A DNA stretch of 64,000 nt from an uncultured Clostridia bacterium (GTDB lineage Bacteria; Bacillota; Clostridia; TANB77; CAG-508), in assembly GCA_944386685.1 (NCBI GenBank), contig CALXCA010000004.1, forward strand, positions 9,410 to 73,409, given 5' to 3'. Below, in pieces: positions 60,219 through 64,000 of the stretch; position 1 is the first letter of the stretch, and each line of letters starts with the position of its first letter. Under the pieces are notes generated by a model that saw nothing but the letters and a program-made list of their open reading frames with translations, made no database searches and was not told the DNA's origin. The position numbers and the translations under genes are program-made.

Positions 60219-60770
60219 TTATTTTTTAGTTATAATTTTTTGTTTTACTTTAAATTGTACTGCATACATAATTAATGAAAAGATTGTAGCAAGAATTGCC
60301 AAATAATATAAATATAAATCAAATTTAAATGGCAAATTAATGTGGAATTGATTAATAATAAGAGAACATATAATAGCCAAATAGAACAATGTAGTAGCAA
60401 GTTTTCCATACCATTTACTATAAACTACAAAATCTTTTCTTTTGTATAAAAAAGATGCAGTTATAATAATTGTACATTCTTTAATAAAAACAATTGCTAA
60501 AATCCACCAAGGTAAAATATTTAATATAGTCAAAGCAAGGAGTAAAGAAATTTGAGTAATTTTATCAGCAAGTGGATCAATTAATTTTCCAATATCAGAG
60601 ATATAATTATATTTACGTGCAATATAACCATCTAAAATATCTGTAAACGCAGAAATAGTAAATATAATTATACCAACTAGATAATGGTGAGAAATGACTG
60701 CAATAAATATAAATGGTATCAAAATAAATCTAATTCCAGTTAATATATTTGGAATATTTTCTTTTCTCAT
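60219..60770 (-). CDS. pgsA: CDP-alcohol phosphatidyltransferase (PgsA-like)
   Basis: DILDGYIARKYNYISDIGKLIDPLADK is the DG(x2)AR(x8)G(x3)D(x3)D motif. The protein has multiple TM segments. Confidence 0.75.
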   Translation of the reverse strand: MRKENIPNILTGIRFILIPFIFIAVISHHYLVGIIIFTISAFTDILDGYIARKYNYISDIGKLIDPLADKITQISLLLALTILNILPWWILAIVFIKECTIIITASFLYKRKDFVVYSKWYGKLATTLFYLAIICSLIINQFHINLPFKFDLYLYYLAILATIFSLIMYAVQFKVKQKIITKK

Positions 60771-60805
60771 ATTTATAAAAATCCTTCCTAATTATAAATG
60801 TCAAT

Positions 60806-63169
60806 TTACACAACTTTAATTTTCAATTCATCATTTTCCATATCAACATTAAGAGTCTGACCATCAGTTACTTCAGTTCTTAATATCATCTCAGAAATTT
60901 CATCTTCAACATATCTTTGAATAGCTCTTCTTAAAGGTCTAGCACCATATTTTAAATTTGTACCTTTAGCTAAAATAAATTCCTTAGCAGAATCTGAAAC
61001 ATTTAAAGAAATATTTCTTTCTTTTAAAGCATTTGAAGTATCTTTTAACATTAAATCTACAATTTGAAGAAGTTCTTGTTTAGTTAAAGGATCAAATACT
61101 ATAATTTCATCAATTCTATTCAAAAATTCTGGTCTAAATACTTGTTTAAGATTTTCTTCAATTTTATTATTATCAACTGTTTTTTTATCAAAACCAATTG
61201 AATTATTATTTAAATTAGAACCAGCATTTGATGTCATAATAATTATTGTATTTTGGAAACTAACAACATTTCCTTGAGCATCTGTAAGTTTTCCATCATC
61301 TAAAACTTGTAATAAAATATTGAATACATCTGGATGAGCTTTTTCTATTTCATCAAATAAAATAATAGAATAAGGTTTTCTTTTAACTTTTTCTGTAAGT
61401 TGACCTGCATCATCATATCCAACATATCCTGGAGGTGCACCTATTAATTTTGCTGTAGAATGACTTTCCATATATTCAGACATATCTACTCTTATAATAG
61501 AATCTTCTGAACCAAACATTTCATATGCTAAACTTTTTGCAAGTTCTGTTTTTCCAACACCTGTAGGTCCTACAAATATAAAAGATGGTGGACGTTTTGT
61601 ACTTTGTAAACCTGCACGTTTTCTTCTAATTGCACGAGAAACAGCACTAACAGCTTTATCTTGACCAATAACTCTTTTATGAAGATTTGTTTCAAGATTT
61701 AATAATTTTTGTGTTTCTGCTTCAGTTATTTTTTTAACAGGTATTTTTGTCCAGTTTTCTATAACTTGAGCAATATCTTGAATTGTTAAATATTTTGGCT
61801 TAATTATACTATTTAAATGATCAATTTCTTCAATTAATTGACATTCTTTAGTTTTTAAATCAGCTGCTTTTTGATAATCTTCAGTAGAATCTGCTTGTGC
61901 TGCATCTTCTTTTTGAGCTTGAACTTTTGCAAGTTCTTGTTTTAGAATTTCTAATTTAAATAATTCTTTGTTTTCAAGATTAATTCTTGAACATGCTTCA
62001 TCTAATAAATCTATTGCTTTATCTGGTAAAAATCTATCATGAATGTATTTTTCTGACATTATAACTGTTTGTTTAATAACATCATTAGATATTATTACTT
62101 TGTGGTAATCTTCATAATATTTTTTTATTCCATTTAAGATTGAAATTGTGTCATCAACATTTGGTTCTTCAACTAAAACTTGTTGGAATCTTCTTTCTAA
62201 AGCTGTATCTTTTTCAATAAATTTTCTGTATTCTCTTAAAGTAGTAGTTCCAATTAATTGAATTTCGCCATTTGCAAGAGAAGGTTTTAAAATATTTGCA
62301 GCATTCATTGAATGTTCTCCATCTCCAGCACCTATAATATTATGAATTTCATCTATTACTAAAATAATGTTTTTTAGTTCTTTACATTCATCAATAATAC
62401 CTTTCATACGAGCTTCAAATTGTCCTCTAAATTGAGTTCCAGCAATAACTGCTGTCATATCTAATAAATAAACTTCTTTGTTTAAAAGTTTTGCAGGTAC
62501 ATTGTTATTTGCAATTTTTATAGCTAAACCTTGAGCAATCGCAGTTTTTCCAACACCTGGTTCTCCAATTAAACAAGGATTGTTTTTTGTACGTCTATTT
62601 AATATTTGAATAACTCTTTGAATTTCTTTGTCACGTCCAATAACCATGTCTAATTCATTATTTTTTGCTTTTAAAGTTAAATTTGTTCCAAAAGTATCAA
62701 GAAATTTCTTTTTCTTTTTTGCCTTTTTTTGTTCAACTTTTACTTTTTGCCTACCATTATTTGAAGAATTATCTTCTTCAGATGGTTTTGAGTTTTTTGG
62801 AACAAAATTTGCAAAAATAGAACCAATTGGAATTCCCATTGCTATACCTTCTGGTGAATTTTCTTCATCTCCATCTTCATCACCATTTTCAAAATTTTCT
62901 AAATCTATATTTTCGATATTTTCTAATTTTAAATTTGAAGATAAATCTTTAAACAATGATTCTAGTTGCTTTGACATATTGTTCATATCTATATTATTTA
63001 TATTATTAAATGAATTAGAATTGTTCTGATTTGGATTTTGATTTTCAGGTACTTCTAATCCACGTTTTTTTGCACATTCTTTACATAATCCTTCCATTGA
63101 AGAAACGCCATTTTCTATTTTGTTTATAAAAACAACTGCTGTATTTTTTTTACATTGTGAACATATCAT
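60806..63169 (-). CDS. clpC: ClpC/ClpB-like AAA+ chaperone (two ATPase modules) with an N-terminal CxxC...CxxC zinc-ribbon-like segment in place of the Clp_N repeats
   Basis: Walker A motifs GEPGVGKTA and GPTGVGKTE, a middle coiled coil, and an N-terminus CSQCKK...CKECAKKRG. Confidence 0.8.
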   Translation of the reverse strand: MICSQCKKNTAVVFINKIENGVSSMEGLCKECAKKRGLEVPENQNPNQNNSNSFNNINNIDMNNMSKQLESLFKDLSSNLKLENIENIDLENFENGDEDGDEENSPEGIAMGIPIGSIFANFVPKNSKPSEEDNSSNNGRQKVKVEQKKAKKKKKFLDTFGTNLTLKAKNNELDMVIGRDKEIQRVIQILNRRTKNNPCLIGEPGVGKTAIAQGLAIKIANNNVPAKLLNKEVYLLDMTAVIAGTQFRGQFEARMKGIIDECKELKNIILVIDEIHNIIGAGDGEHSMNAANILKPSLANGEIQLIGTTTLREYRKFIEKDTALERRFQQVLVEEPNVDDTISILNGIKKYYEDYHKVIISNDVIKQTVIMSEKYIHDRFLPDKAIDLLDEACSRINLENKELFKLEILKQELAKVQAQKEDAAQADSTEDYQKAADLKTKECQLIEEIDHLNSIIKPKYLTIQDIAQVIENWTKIPVKKITEAETQKLLNLETNLHKRVIGQDKAVSAVSRAIRRKRAGLQSTKRPPSFIFVGPTGVGKTELAKSLAYEMFGSEDSIIRVDMSEYMESHSTAKLIGAPPGYVGYDDAGQLTEKVKRKPYSIILFDEIEKAHPDVFNILLQVLDDGKLTDAQGNVVSFQNTIIIMTSNAGSNLNNNSIGFDKKTVDNNKIEENLKQVFRPEFLNRIDEIIVFDPLTKQELLQIVDLMLKDTSNALKERNISLNVSDSAKEFILAKGTNLKYGARPLRRAIQRYVEDEISEMILRTEVTDGQTLNVDMENDELKIKVV

Positions 63170-63290
63170 ATATTATTCCTCTTTTCTTCTTATAATATTA
63201 TATATTCTACATTAATTTTTCCAAATAGTCAAGAGAAAATACATTTTGGGACTAGACAAAAAAAATTTTTTGTGTTATATTATTTAATAT

Positions 63291-63373
63291 GCTGATGTGG
63301 CGGAACTGGCAGACGCACTGGACTCAAAATCCAGCGGGAAACCATGTGGGTTCGAGTCCCACCATCAGCACCA
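63291..63373 (+). tRNA. tRNA-Leu (anticodon CAA), class II with a long variable arm
   Basis: Acceptor gctgatg/catcagc, anticodon loop ctCAAaa, variable arm cgggaaaccatgtg, T-loop ttcgagt, encoded CCA. Confidence 0.9.
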
Positions 63374-63583
63374 ATAATAAATCTGTTCTAACTAATAAGG
63401 CAGATTAACACAAATATCATTCAGAAATGGATGATATTTTTTTGTTGTAAAAAATTATCTCAATAAATTTATTGATTCACAGAGCCCAGAGTTTTGATAT
63501 AATTTCAAAACTCATATGGAGTTAGGACTTATGACAAGGTCAAAATCCTAAGCTACGAAGAACATTCAAGGAGTTAAAAAGTT

Positions 63584-63709
63584 ATGAAAGAAAATAAAGT
63601 TGAGAATATAATAAATATAATTAAAAATTTTGCTACTAAAGATAATTTGATATTAGGAATTTGCTTAACTACAAGTGATTCAGCTAATATTTTATATAAT
63701 AAAACATAA
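63584..63709 (+). CDS. Small ORF, 41 aa, unknown
   Basis: aaggag sits 10 nt upstream. The stop is immediately followed by the next ATG (taaATG). It is below the ORF-track cutoff. Confidence 0.3.
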   Translation: MKENKVENIINIIKNFATKDNLILGICLTTSDSANILYNKT

Positions 63710-63904
63710 ATGTATGAGAAATTTAATACTATGTTAAAAGAAGTTGATGAAGAATATAGAACTACTTTAGTAAATTTTGCAAAATATAAGATTGTAATGT
63801 TTACAATGGCTAAAATTATGGAGATGGAACAAGTTGAAAGAAATCAAGTTTATTTGTATTTGTTTAATAATACTAACTTAAATAAAAAGATTAGTCGTAA
63901 TTAG
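63710..63904 (+). CDS. Small ORF, 64 aa, unknown
   Basis: It is directly abutted to the preceding small ORF. No motif recognised. Confidence 0.35.
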   Translation: MYEKFNTMLKEVDEEYRTTLVNFAKYKIVMFTMAKIMEMEQVERNQVYLYLFNNTNLNKKISRN

Positions 63905-64000
63905 GCAATGAGTATTAGTGGCTAAAGTGTTGAAAAAGCATATATTTTGTGATATACTATTTACACGTTAAGGGGGAAAAATGGATAAAGAAGAAATATT

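Noticed and set aside
1-64000. I looked for CRISPR arrays, rRNA genes, IS/transposase genes and integrase genes.
   Set aside because: I saw no regularly spaced direct repeats, no rRNA-like conserved blocks, and no ORF with transposase or integrase motifs. The only repeats are the palindromic intergenic elements reported above.

Overview
This is a very AT-rich chromosomal segment that looks like a spore-forming, Clostridia-like Firmicute. All calls come from reading the sequence and the ORF track by eye. No searches were run, so family names are recognised from motifs and many start codons are approximate.

Backbone genes, left to right:
- gatA (3' part), gatB, folC, htpX-lemA, a G5/3D cell-wall protein, lepA, rlmB and a sortase.
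- A tRNA-Val/Asp/Phe cluster, mazF, an HD-GYP response regulator, tex and pflA.
- The cell-division block divIB-DUF881-DUF881-sbp-ftsA-ftsZ, then spoIIGA-sigE and ynbB.
- An orphan OmpR-type regulator, tRNA-Thr, an RluA-family synthase, an M23 peptidase and glmS with its ribozyme.
- rpoB-rpoC, a pgsA-like gene, a clpC-like gene and tRNA-Leu.

Several visibly G+C-richer single-gene cassettes are embedded in this backbone:
- a 192-aa unknown at 6.4-6.9 kb
- an M15 peptidase at 15.8 kb
- a lipoprotein at 22.8 kb
- a 336-aa plus 74-aa pair at 38-39.6 kb
- an 865-aa DEAH helicase at 49.6 kb

Other accessory content:
- A decayed mosaic island (about 38.0-44.65 kb) abuts the 3' end of tRNA-Thr.
- A palindromic intergenic repeat family has three copies, and there are two other long nested palindromes.

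The best candidate for a new system is an intact, self-contained two-gene operon in the tRNA-Thr island (41359-43315). It encodes a radical SAM/SPASM enzyme translationally coupled to a protein resembling the aGPT-Pplase / 5-hmdU-DNA-kinase-helical-domain family of phage thymidine hypermodification. The usual hydroxymethylase and kinase partners are absent.

I saw no CRISPR array, rRNA, transposase or integrase gene.
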